DNA of 34,425 nucleotides from Selaginella moellendorffii (taxonomy: Eukaryota > Plantae > Lycopodiophyta): the NCBI RefSeq assembly GCF_000143415.4, contig NW_003314412.1, positions 149,443 to 183,867 on the forward strand, read 5' to 3'. A program made the position numbers and the translations under genes. Of the stretch, positions 12,191 through 22,969 are shown piece after piece. Within the stretch, counting starts at the first letter, position 1; each line of letters opens with the position of its first letter. The notes below the pieces were generated by a model. It did no database searches and had not been told where the DNA came from. It was given only the letters and a program-made list of their open reading frames with translations.

Positions 12191-12736
12191 ATGGCTCAAA
12201 GGAGACTCATTGCTAATCGTACTTGGCCCCCCAACATTTTATATTAATCTCCACCTCCATCCCCAAGTTCTACCAACATTCCACCTTCACCTCCACATAA
12301 CAATCCTTTTTCTGCTAAGGGCTCTAGTGAAGTTGAATTAGAGCTCCTTATATGTGAAATTCTGGATCTTGCTACTAGAGAGGGATTGCCTCCAGCGTTT
12401 TAAGAGCAATGCCACATGTTTTTGCAAGATTTTGCTCTTGACATGGTAGGACTACTTGAAAGCACAGAACGCTATTACATTTGATGTCTAATATGCTATT
12501 TTTTCTTGGACAAGACAAATGGCTCTATGGGTTTACAAACTTTTCTTAAGCACTGTAAGAATTGCCCAACGGCAGGTCTGGAAAATGTGCACGTGTGGAT
12601 GTACAATAAATTCAAGAATGAGTTACAGACACATACCCACTATCGCTTCATGGTGAGGAATAACATCCCCTTGGGAAACACTACATTGGCTAGTGCAAAA
12701 TATGGGGCTTTTAGGCCACCCTATAGTGGAATGTAA
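12191..12736 (+). pseudogene. Small Pro-rich, putative zinc-finger protein (181 codons, 3 in-frame stops)
   Basis: One frame from ATG 12191; stops are TAA, TAA and TGA (CAA/CGA-derivable). CLIC..x..KHCKNC and KNELQTHTHY resemble the 22037-22483 ORF. Confidence 0.55.
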
Positions 12737-13041
12737 GATCTAGAATTACTTTACTATACTATAGTATTGTCACTATTAAAAGAAAAAATATAATAAAATG
12801 ATATTAGTTGTAGGTAACATACCTTGTTCTAGAAGGTACAATTGTTTACAAAATGTTGAAGGAGGAGATGGCAACACACAAGTGCTACAAAGTGATGGTG
12901 ATAGGTGAGAATGATAATCTATAATTATGGTATCTGACACTGACACTGACATCTGACAATTTTACTGACATCTGACACTTTCACTGACATCTAATATATA
13001 ACAAGCTTTCCATTTTATGTAAGGATGCAATTAACTTTCTT

Positions 13042-15874
13042 CTACCTCATCATCAACATAATGATTTCTTTTATACTTCCTCCTATATTGGTATTGTGGG
13101 GAAGATTCACCTTGCATATGTTGAGCCATGGCTTTTGCATAGTCAAAGAGACTTCCAAAGCCTCAAATTCTAGAAACTCCAGGTGACTGTGATCTATAAA
13201 ATAGAATGAAATATATATTGAAATTTTAATAAACATAATTTACCTCCTTGAGGTTGAAGGCAACTCACGAAATCCTTTGAGCCGGCATTTGAAGAAATGA
13301 TGTTCTTCAATAGCAAACACTAACTTACCAGAGTCACGTGCTGCCTCCACCATAGAACCGCTACCTGCTGTGCAATCAATCACAACACCATCTGGTGGGC
13401 AATAGAACTCAAGCAAGACTTGCATTGCCGATGGAGTTCGGAATCAGTACCCTGGAAATGTGTTGCGGATCTGCTNNNNNNNNNNNNNNNNNNNNNNNNN
13501 NNNNNNNNNNNNNNNNNNNNNNNNNNNNNNNNNNNNNNNNNNNNNNNNNNNNNNNNNNNNNNNNNNNNNNNNNNNNNNNNNNNNNNNNNNNNNNNNNNNN
13601 NNNNNNNNNNNNNNNNNNNNNNNNNNNNNNNNNNNNNNNNNNNNNNNNNNNNNNNNNNNNNNNNNNNNNNNNNNNNNNNNNNNNNNNNNNNNNNNNNNNN
13701 NNNNNNNNNNNNNNNNNNNNNNNNNNNNNNNNNNNNNNNNNNNNNNNNNNNNNNNNNNNNNNNNNNNNNNNNNNNNNNNNNNNNNNNNNNNNNNNNNNNN
13801 NNNNNNNNNNNNNNNNNNNNNNNNNNNNNNNNNNNNNNNNNNNNNNNNNNNNNNNNNNNNNNNNNNNNNNNNNNNNNNNNNNNNNNNNNNNNNNNNNNNN
13901 NNNNNNNNNNNNNNNNNNNNNNNNNNNNNNNNNNNNNNNNNNNNNNNNNNNNNNNNNNNNNNNNNNNNNNNNNNNNNNNNNNNNNNNNNNNNNNNNNNNN
14001 NNNNNNNNNNNNNNNNNNNNNNNNNNNNNNNNNNNNNNNNNNNNNNNNNNNNNNNNNNNNNNNNNNNNNNNNNNNNNNNNNNNNNNNNNNNNNNNNNNNN
14101 NNNNNNNNNNNNNNNNNNNNNNNNNNNNNNNNNNNNNNNNNNNNNNNNNNNNNNNNNNNNNNNNNNNNNNNNNNNNNNNNNNNNNNNNNNNNNNNNNNNN
14201 NNNNNNNNNCCCTTCTCATCATGTTCTCAATAGTTTTGGCAGTCCTTTCTCTCTGTTTATCAAGTAGACATTGAGGAACTCCAGAGTCTCTATCTGTTGC
14301 TTATATGGAAGCTTCGATTTTGCGATATTGTAAATCATGTCATCTGGAGTTTTGTTCATTGCAAAAGTAACATATGCATAATTAAGAAAAATGAAGTGTG
14401 ATAAGAAACTTACATTCATGAGAAGAAATTTCGGCTATAGTCTCTAGCCACTCCTTCGGCCTGCAATTGTCTGCAATGCATATTAGTTTCTTCAACTTTG
14501 AGGACTTTGCATGCTGAATTTTGTGCTCAATTTGTACAAACTCAGCTGAGAGCTCTTCCCGACTCTTCTCCGGATATGCAAGTTTGTAAGCATCCTGCTT
14601 GACCTTCACCAAAGGCTAAAAACCAAAACAATTAAAAGAGGCTTTTATAAATTTAAAGGGAAAGATATACCTTACACCATACAGCGAGCATAAAACTGAT
14701 TGGGTTGCTGAACCAAGTTGTACCGTCATTTCGAGTGCATGAGTGCCGAACAAGTGTTGCGAGATCATCACCATAATGTTGGCGGATGTCATCCTCACTC
14801 AAGTCTGCCAAAAATCGAAGTTGCTCAATGTCATGGACAAGGTTTTATTTTTGAACAGCGAACTACCCAAGCCTACATTTAAACATAACAAAACAAGTTA
14901 AAGTGGAGTTAGAGGTAAAATTATAAAACTTACGCATTGATCTTTTGGCAAGCCAAGATAAGTCTGTTGACATCCAAAGGTCCCCTTGCGTAGACATGGT
15001 CGACTGGAACGTTGATATGGTAGACGGGATCATCGCAAAAATGATCATCAATACACTTCATCTAAGCTCCATATCGGTGGTTACCGTCAATAATTTGGAA
15101 CATTGTCCCCGCAAGCTGTCGAGTCTCAAGATGTCTGATAAGCATGTCATCAAATTCTAGGGACTTCCTCCTCCAAATAGGATCCCAGCTATTCACAATC
15201 TCGGGTGTGACAGTAATGATCTCCATTGTTCCTAACTTGCAAAAAGAGACTAGAAATATACCGATATTTGTTGCAAGGCCATTCTGTTTAAACAAGTTGT
15301 ATATATCCAGGTTGACATACTTGGATGTTGTGCGGACAAGGTTCGTCTGCTGCAAACGGCAAAGGGGGATTTCTCTGATCAAGTCACAAGGGCCTGGCCA
15401 CTTGAGTGCCTCAAGTGTTTGGTGAACTGCTTTTTTCCTTGTCCGTATAACAGTCTATTGGAAGCGCTTGTCCACCATGTTGTCAGGAAGGTCTGCAACT
15501 CTTTCAGCTCCAGGCTGTTCCTTAGGTTCCCTATCGTGAACACCACTAGATTGCCCAACTTCAGGGATTTGCGTTGGTGGTGGTGGTGGTGGTGGTGGGG
15601 GTAGAGGCAATAGTGGCAGTGGTGGTGGCAATGGTGGTGGTGGCGGTGGCGATGGAGGTGGTGGAGGTGGTGATGGAGGTGGTGGAGGTGGCGATGGTGG
15701 TGGTGGAGGTGGTGATGGTGGAGGTGATGGTGGAGGAGGTGGTGAATCTCTAACTAAATGTGTCTTTGTTGTGTCAATGGACATGTCAATTGTGATATCG
15801 TTGTCAATGCCGAATTGAACTTCTTGTGTCTTCTTGGCTCCAACAACCTTTTTATGTGTTACAATTTTCCTTTT
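13042..15874 (-). pseudogene. Multi-exon gene: poly-Pro linker, ParB/Sulfiredoxin N-terminal domain, and C-terminal beta-class amino-DNA methyltransferase SAM-binding region
   Basis: ParB-like LVR...NLFKQNG...IFLV and FQIIDGNHRYGA(W) at ~15074-15094. RTPSAMQVLLEFYCPPDGVVIDCTAGSGSMVEAARDSGKLVFAIE at ~13300-13440 matches the KP..L...I....GD.VLDPF.GSGTT..AA...GR..IG.E pattern. Introns 14873-14933 and 14616-14670 keep frame. Gap 13476-14209 hides the middle, so the fusion is inferred. Confidence 0.75.
15575..15745 (-). repeat. (CCA/CCT)n triplet tract encoding poly-proline
   Basis: GGT-rich run on the + strand, in frame within the ParB gene; homologous tract at 32528-32850. Confidence 0.9.
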
Positions 15875-15957
15875 CTGCAAGAGAAAAAATTTTGTTAGTC
15901 AAAATAAATAAAGATAATGAGAAATTCAAACAGTCAAAGAGAAAAAAAAAATCAAGT

Positions 15958-16060
15958 GGGCCTAGACTCCACCTCGGGCACTTTGGTTGCCTAAGGGGCC
16001 GAGGTTATTCAAATAACCTTGGCCCCTCCGGCCCCTAAAGTGCCTGAGGCGGCCACCACA
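15958..16060. repeat. Terminal unit of the 96-bp palindromic array
   Basis: ccacctcgggcactttgg...ggggccgaggttattcaaataaccttggcccc matches the array unit. Confidence 0.85.
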
Positions 16061-16181
16061 GTCTTTGACTTGGCCAGTTCGNNNNNNNNNNNNNNNNNNN
16101 NNNNNNNNNNNNNNNNNNNNNNNNNNNNNNNNNNNNNNNNNNNNNNNNNNNNNNNNNNNNNNNNNNNNNNNNNNNNNNNNN

Positions 16182-16545
16182 CAAGAACCCTAAAAAATCT
16201 TTTGAATGAAGGAATAGTATCTACAGCTGTAAAAGTATTCAAAATATTAAGTAGTCAAATCAAATATGACAGCTGTAATAGTTGTCATAATAAAATAATA
16301 TAGTTTTCGGACTTAGTCTTGAACTTGGTTTTAGAGTTGTTCTCAAACTCGATCTTAGACTCGGTCTCATCCGATGAACTCCTTATCATTTCGGTTATGC
16401 TTTCAGGGATCCTTTAGCCTTTGACACCTCGAGGGAGTTGGTTCCTTACAGAGGCACTTTTGCTCATTCATAACTTGGTCTGGAAATAAACTCTCACGGA
16501 CGAACTCATATAGATAGGTCCTGGGCAATTTAAGGATGGAGTCAA
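16182..16545 (-). other. Near-identical inverted copy of ~10915-11277 next to an N gap (probable assembly artefact)
   Basis: Reverse complement matches across the MULE/LTR-A/cargo junctions; mismatches appear only at the distal end. Confidence 0.7.
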
Positions 16546-16554
16546 TTCAGTCCT

Positions 16555-17295
16555 GCAAGCAGCCAAAGTGCCCGAGGTGGCTGGCCCAAGCTCGACCTCG
16601 GGCAGTTTAGCCACTCGAGGGACTGAGGTTATGTGAATAACCTTGGCCCCTCAGCCAACAAAACTGCCGAAGGTGGCCAGCCCGCACTCGACCTTAGGCA
16701 CTTTAGGGGCCGGAGGAGCCGAGGTTACTTGAATAACCTCGGCCCCTTGGCGAGCAAAATTGCCCGAGGTGGCCGGCCCGAGCTCGACCTCGGGCAGTTT
16801 GGCCATCCCAGGGGCGAGGTTATTTGAATAACCTCGGCCCCTCGGCGAGCAAAACTGCCCGAGGTGGCCGGCCCGAGCTCCACCTTGGGCAGTTTGGCCA
16901 CCCGAGGGGCCAAGGTTATTTGAATAACCTTGGCCCCTCGGCGAGCAAAACTGCCCGAGGTGGCTGGCCCGAACTCCACCTCGGGGAGTTTAGCCACTCG
17001 AGGGCCCGAGGTTATTCGAGGGGCCGAGGTTATTTGAATAACCTCGGCCCCTCGGCGAGCAAAACTGCCCAAGGTGGCCGGCCCAAGCTCCACCTCGGGC
17101 AGTTTGGCCACCCGAGGGGCTGAGGTTATTTGAATAACCTCGGCCTCTCAGTGAGCAAAACTGCCCGAGGTGGCCGGCCCAAGCTCGACCTCGGGCAGTT
17201 TTGCTCACCGAGGGGCCAAGGTTATTTGAATAACCTCGGCCCCTCGGCAAGCAAAACTGCCCGAGGTGGTCGGCCCGAGCTTGACCTCGGCCAGC
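16555..17295. repeat. Tandem array of ~7-8 GC-rich 96-bp units, each an imperfect palindrome
   Basis: ttatttgaataa-type centres at 16629, 16725, 16820, 16916, 17012/17030, 17126 and 17222. Arms cctcggcccctcgg/ccgaggggccgagg and aaactgcccgaggtgg/ccacctcgggcagttt. Confidence 0.95.
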
Positions 17296-17429
17296 AAAGA
17301 AGCAATCAAGAAAAAAAAAGGGAAGCAATGGAATGGAAGCAATGGAATCAAAAAATGGAAGTGGAAGCAATCAAATCGAAACTCACCCTTGGTGGCATCT
17401 TTCCTCCCCCAATTTCTAGATTTCTTGTG

Positions 17430-17720
17430 TGCTCAATCTCTCCTGCCCGCGCACTCAATCTCTCCTGCTCACTCGCTAAATCTCTCTGGCTCGCATGCTC
17501 AAACTCTCCCACTCGCGCGCTCAATCTCTCCCACTCATGCACTCAATCTCTCGATCTCATACGCGCTCAATCGCTCGATCTCCTTCGCGCTCAATCACTT
17601 GATCTCCTTCGCGCTCAATCTCTTGATCTCTCGTGTGCTCCACTCACGGTGCGAACAGTAACCTAATCTTGGCGGCTACCCTAACCCTAATCCTGATGGC
17701 TGCCCTAACCCTAACCAATC
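17430..17720 (+). repeat. CT-rich minisatellite (~24-bp units) followed by CCCTAA motifs
   Basis: gctcaatc(t/g)ctcgatctc repeats; ccctaaccctaa twice at ~17679-17714; mirrored at 26300-26500. Confidence 0.75.
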
Positions 17721-18519
17721 TCTAATCCTGGCCGTTCATTCCGAATAACCTAAATCTCAACCATCATAATATCTTTGATCTTATTTTATCTTATCATTAT
17801 TATTATATGTAAATTATGCTTCTTTATTTTGTATATTTTAATGATGGTATAACTAGCACCTATCAACATTTCTGTTATTAGCGATATGATATTATATTTT
17901 ACAAATTATCTAGAAAGGATGCATTCTCATCAATATTTTGTACATATTTTGGAATCGTTACAAGAACTTCAAAGAGTATAAATAAGGCACATTAAAATAT
18001 GTTGTACTATATCCATCTATGAATGGATAAATCCTCATCCAGAAATTTATTTTGTGTTGTATTAGATCCTAAACAATAGGCACATGCTTTAAATGTCATT
18101 GAGCAGTGTTCACAATTATGGATAAAACTTGAGTTGTACTACGAATCAAATCTGTCATTGAAGAATAAGATTTGACAAGATTTATTATCATCTACCGCTT
18201 AAAATTTGACAACTTGACACATCACACATGCTGATAGTTAGATTGGATCTCTTGGTTTGACACGTTATAGCAGAATGTCATTACTGGTATCATTATTAAC
18301 TATCAAACTTCATGTGCTGAAAATCTTTCCTTGGATCTATGTGTATACATGCATCAGACATCATAATAGATGACAGTAATATTAATACTGTCACACTTAC
18401 ACATGTTAAATTTGCTATAGAATTGTCTTCTTATTACTCTATTTAAATTTCAATTATGTTTCACTATAGATTTTTATAAGTAGCATAAAGAGAGAGAACT
18501 CCAAAACCTATTGAGAAGG

Positions 18520-21500
18520 ATGGAAAGGTTTCTTCTTCATTTTTGAGATCACCCACCTCTTTCATTCTCTCAAAGTATTATTTCTGACAGTTTTTGATGT
18601 CGAGGTTTTGATCTTCGTCTTGGCTCTATTTCTTTAGAGGCTGTCATCCGAAACGACACCGGTATAGTTGCATACTCGGAGTTTGTTCTTTTTGGTGTGG
18701 GCGAGGGTGGACAACAATGGGATTTACAAAATTCCAAGTTGAAGGAGATTTGAGTGTTCGGATCTCTAGTCAAAATGCCAAAATGCGCTCCAGCCAAAGT
18801 GAATGTGAAGCAAGAGTAAGTCGTTATCCTTTCGTCCTCTTCTAGCTCAAGTGGAGATGTCATGCTAGTGTCGGCGCCAAATTCACCAGCTCTAGCTCCA
18901 GCTCCAACTTTAGCAATATTCAAAGCTGTTAGCAATGCTTTCCAGTTTTCATGCCTCTCAATCGACGTGCACTTGTTTTTGTATAGGCTTGTGAGTGAGC
19001 TTCCATCCTCCTACAATGGCAACATTTTCTTCGAGCTACCACCTCTTGTCAACAACACAGGTTCCAAATGGAAGGGGATGGAAACCAAGCAGGATGTCCA
19101 CAATTGGTGCAAGATCAAGACCACACACTTCCAACATTTTGAAGGCACAGTGTTTATAGTTCATTGTGGCGGGCATTTAAATTATGTGGATGAAGCATGC
19201 AATCGAGACCGCTCTAGAAACTCTATATTTTTCGAAGGGTCTACAGTCAATCCTCCAGCCTGTGACACCATTGCTGTTGGATTCAAATGTCGATTCTGCA
19301 AAAATGCTCCTCTATGTCGTGCTATCTGCGAGGCTAAGATGTACTACTTTCTTCCACGGGATGGAGTGGCTGGAAGAGCTGCAGTGCATGTTAGCACACA
19401 TATGCATCCAATGCAGGAAGGGATACAAAGGAGTTCTCTCAACCATTTCAAAGATGCTGTACAGGAAGAGATTATGAGAAACTCATCTACAACTCCGAAA
19501 CATGTTNNNNNNNNNNNNNNNNNNNNNNNNNNNNNNNNNNNNNNNNNNNNNNNNNNNNNNNNNNNNNNNNNNNNNNNNNNNNNNNNNNNNNNNNNNNNNN
19601 NNNNNNAGGATTTTATCGCAAATACCTTACTCAATCCAGGTTGCCAAAAAACTCAACTAAACGAGGCTAGCTTGTAGGAGTTATTACGAGGAGTACAACT
19701 TGCTACTAGCCTAAGGAGGTACATCCATTATTTTTCATATGTTATAATAATAATTTTTTCTTACATTATATTGTTTAGGATAAAATCTTGGATGTGTGAA
19801 TCGCGAGAGGGGAAGTTGCAATCAAAAATTGACTCCATCCTTTTGAAACGGACCTATCCGTACGAGTTCATCCACGGAAGTTTGTTTCCAGACCAAGTTG
19901 TGAATGAGCAAGAGCACCCCTTCGTCTTCAAAATGTCTATCATGGGCCCTGCCTCTAGCGTAGATCTTGTCTCCCGAATGGACATGTTTGGGTCCAGTGA
20001 CCTTGCAAATGCATGGGTACATTTTGACCATATGGAGCGTGTATCCGGTTGGACAACCATGGGAGCTCATGTGTATGATCCAAGGTAATTTTTATTCTCA
20101 TTATATTGAAATTGTTATAATATTTCTGTTTTCATAAGCTACGTTGTAACTTAACAATTGCGACAGCAGAGTTTAAAGTACAAGACCAGACAGCATAGGA
20201 AATATTTTGGAAGTCCCTCTCTAATATTGTCCTAAAGCGGACTGATAAGCCTGCAAACTTTCGCAGTTTCATGGCAGATAGGGCTGGTGCAAACTGGAAT
20301 GGTATCCGAGCAGTTTTTGGGAATGGTCAACCATTGGAAGGTTGTGAGAGGACTTGTGAGTTCCATTGGGCTCAAAGCCTAAACTAGCACTGCCACCTTA
20401 TCAAGCCAGAGTTTTAATCAATATTTAAGGAGTTGTGCAAACAATGGCAAGTTGCACCTTCTGAAAAAGAGCATGAGGCAAAAACAAACGAGATTCGAAT
20501 GTGGTGGTGTGAAGATGGCCATACAGACGTAAGTTGCTTACCACAACTTGAGTCATGGTTAGGATAGTGGGAAGTTAGGATGTTCCAATGGGGATATCAC
20601 TCTTTTCAGGTTGGTTTATATTTTTTCTTCTCCTTTTATTACCTTTTAATATTGCCTTTTCCATTAGGATCAACCACTTGAGGACCTCGCATACACCCTA
20701 ACTGTGAATCTCTCCCAAAGTAAGCATTGGAGTTGGCGTTCCTCTGAGGCAGGGAAAGGGAAGATGAGTCTATACGAAGCCTGTCTATCAGATTTGATAC
20801 GTGTTATAGAGCAATCTTCAAAAGCACTGGCATTCGAGGAAGGAAGATACATGGGAACAGGGCCTTCTGTTAAGATGTTACATGATAGGATGAAGAGAAA
20901 ATTAACTCCACCCGCCCGAACAATGGCAACTACAGTTGAGGAAGTGGTCTGTGGCACATCTATGGAGTACACTCCCCGAGTTTCTATTGGTGATATGAAG
21001 ACTGTCCGCTCAAAGTATCGTTTTTCCTTTGCTGGGGAAGATGTTGGTACGGACCTTGGAGCAAAAAGCTCTCACAGGCCTGATGTCGAGTACCATTCTG
21101 CTCCAAGACACCGCTCTCGGACCGAGCCACCTTAAGTGGCTGATGAAGAGAGTGCATTGCAATAGGTTGAAATTGCTTACCGTAGTGTGGAGCCGAAGCA
21201 ATGGGCAATCTGATGCATGCCAGCAAAATCGAATGTAAGGTGTGTGGGGATGCTTTCGAGGGGCAAGTGTTGGGCCTGGATTCGTGGTGAAAAATCTGCT
21301 TCTGTTCCAGCCCCATGTTTCTATGGGGAACGAAACCAAGCAGGATTTTCAAAATGGTGCTGGCTATATTGTTGCAACACCGACGCCAACTATACGAAGT
21401 GGCTTGAAGACACTATAGTGACTAAACCTGATGCAGTACCTAAAGAATGGCCGGTTGCTAATGGGGTTGCGCTCACCTCAGATGAGATTGAAAACCTTGA

Positions 21501-21945
21501 GAAATCTGGTTTTAATCTTGAGAGGAGAGTTGGAGACATGAGTGACAGGAGCAGGACTATTCCTACAGAGATGCACAGGAGGCCAGCACGAAAAGGTAAG
21601 GCAGTTAAATTTATTGGTATCGTCTCCAAGCAGAAACAAGGTAAAATAAACTTGGCTCAAACACTTGAGTGTGAGATTCTCTCCATGAAGTACATCACTG
21701 CGCTTGCAAAGGAGTACATAGTCAAAACAGAAGGTGGAGAGTACACAATTGCCATTCACGACTTTCCTTCTTGCACATGTCCAGACTTTATGAAACGTGA
21801 GGAACATGGGAAAGCATATGCTCCTTGCAAGCATATGTACTACATCTTCATCAACATCTTGCACCATGATCCTAAAGTGGATATTCATATACACCAAGCA
21901 AGTCTTACTATTGCTGAGTTACAAAAAACTTTTGAAGCTAATTAG
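18520..21945 (+). pseudogene. MULE (Mutator-like) transposase with GCM/WRKY-like N-terminal Zn domain, DDE core and C-terminal SWIM finger; about three introns, several stops
   Basis: CGGHL..CRFC..C..THMHP; WVHFDH (D1); FMAD.AGANWNGIRAVFG...CERTCEFHW (D2 plus CxxH); NLSQSKH (NLSENKH in the old copy, catalytic E); SWIM CTCPDF-x-PCKH. Introns near 19719-19778, 20085-20138 and 20611-20667. Confidence 0.88.
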
Positions 21946-22036
21946 ATTTCTCCAACACAATCGATGTTTATTCTCTATCAATAAAACTTATTATACTTTA
22001 TATAAATAATAAAAATGTGCTTTTTCATTTCACTTT

Positions 22037-22483
22037 TCATTTTATATGCTTCCGAGTGTTCTTCTCGCAATACTGCCCATAGTACTCGTGTGTCTCCATT
22101 TCTGTTTTTACCATCTCAAAAAAGATTTCATGGTAGTCTTTCGGGTGCGTGATGTTGTAGTGTGTCGCAAGAGCAGATATACCATCATACTGATCATTGT
22201 TATTGTTTCCACCAGACGCTAAAAAACATATGGGGCACTTCTTGAAAGTGGCAGAATTGCACTTTTCTAAAACAAGTAAGAGGGCATTCTTTTTCACCCA
22301 ATTTGTTGCACCCTCTGTCATTGCATTTATCTCCAACTCATGATCACTATCCTCACTATCCTCTCTTTCATTCTCTTGTGTGATTTGGTTATGTTGTGCA
22401 ATGGGATAGTTATTGCATCTTCTAGCCCTTGAACCTTGGGAAGAAAGATTGTGAGAGTTAAAATTACCAACACTAGAATCCAT
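22037..22483 (-). CDS. 148-aa acidic/C2H2-like zinc-finger ORF convergent with the transposase
   Basis: Uninterrupted from ATG 22483; EREDSEDSDHE acidic patch; CPIC-x-HYNITH; stop ~90 bp from the transposase stop. Confidence 0.6.
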   Translation of the reverse strand: MDSSVGNFNSHNLSSQGSRARRCNNYPIAQHNQITQENEREDSEDSDHELEINAMTEGATNWVKKNALLLVLEKCNSATFKKCPICFLASGGNNNNDQYDGISALATHYNITHPKDYHEIFFEMVKTEMETHEYYGQYCEKNTRKHIK

Positions 22484-22969
22484 AGATATTTGTGCGTGTA
22501 TTTCCTTTTTTTTGAATGAGAGTGTGAATGAAGATCTATAAATTCTAGACAGTATGCTACGACAAACCCTCAAGAATGTATTCTACAAAGAACCAAATCT
22601 TTCTTTTATATACAATAAGCTTACATCAACGGTTATTTTTTTTCCTTTCAAATGGTTATATGGCTTTAAATAAAATCTTATTTAAAATTTAATAATTTTT
22701 AAATTCTGACAAACCTGACATTTACTAGCCAGAAAGCATAGAGTACAAATTTAAAGAAGTGACAAGAATACTCTTTTTGCAAACATTTTATTTTATGTTC
22801 TAACAAATATCTCTATCATTGCATGTAGTAAATATTTAAATTATTAGAACAAAAAGTATTCTTTAGAACATTTTTATCTATATAATATATAAAGAGTTAT
22901 TAAATTATTAGGTTCGCCATAACCTTAAAATTTTAAAATTTATAATGTTTGTACTAAATTACAATTGAA

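Noticed and set aside
13380-14274. Long ORFs in the ORF track
   Set aside because: They are artefacts of the 734-N gap.
7700-15874. Bacterial contamination (ackA, ParB, methyltransferase)
   Set aside because: These genes have spliceosomal introns and are interleaved with plant LTR and MULE sequence.
16182-16545. Terminal inverted repeat pairing with 10915-11277
   Set aside because: It spans unrelated junctions (MULE/LTR/cargo), is near-identical, abuts a 100-N gap and degrades like a read end; most likely an assembly artefact.
16555-17295. CRISPR array or 32-aa repeat protein
   Set aside because: Units are contiguous with no unique spacers and there are no cas genes. ORFs are open on both strands because the unit is GC-rich, palindromic and a multiple of 3; the old copy has stops. 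A coding first exon cannot be fully excluded.
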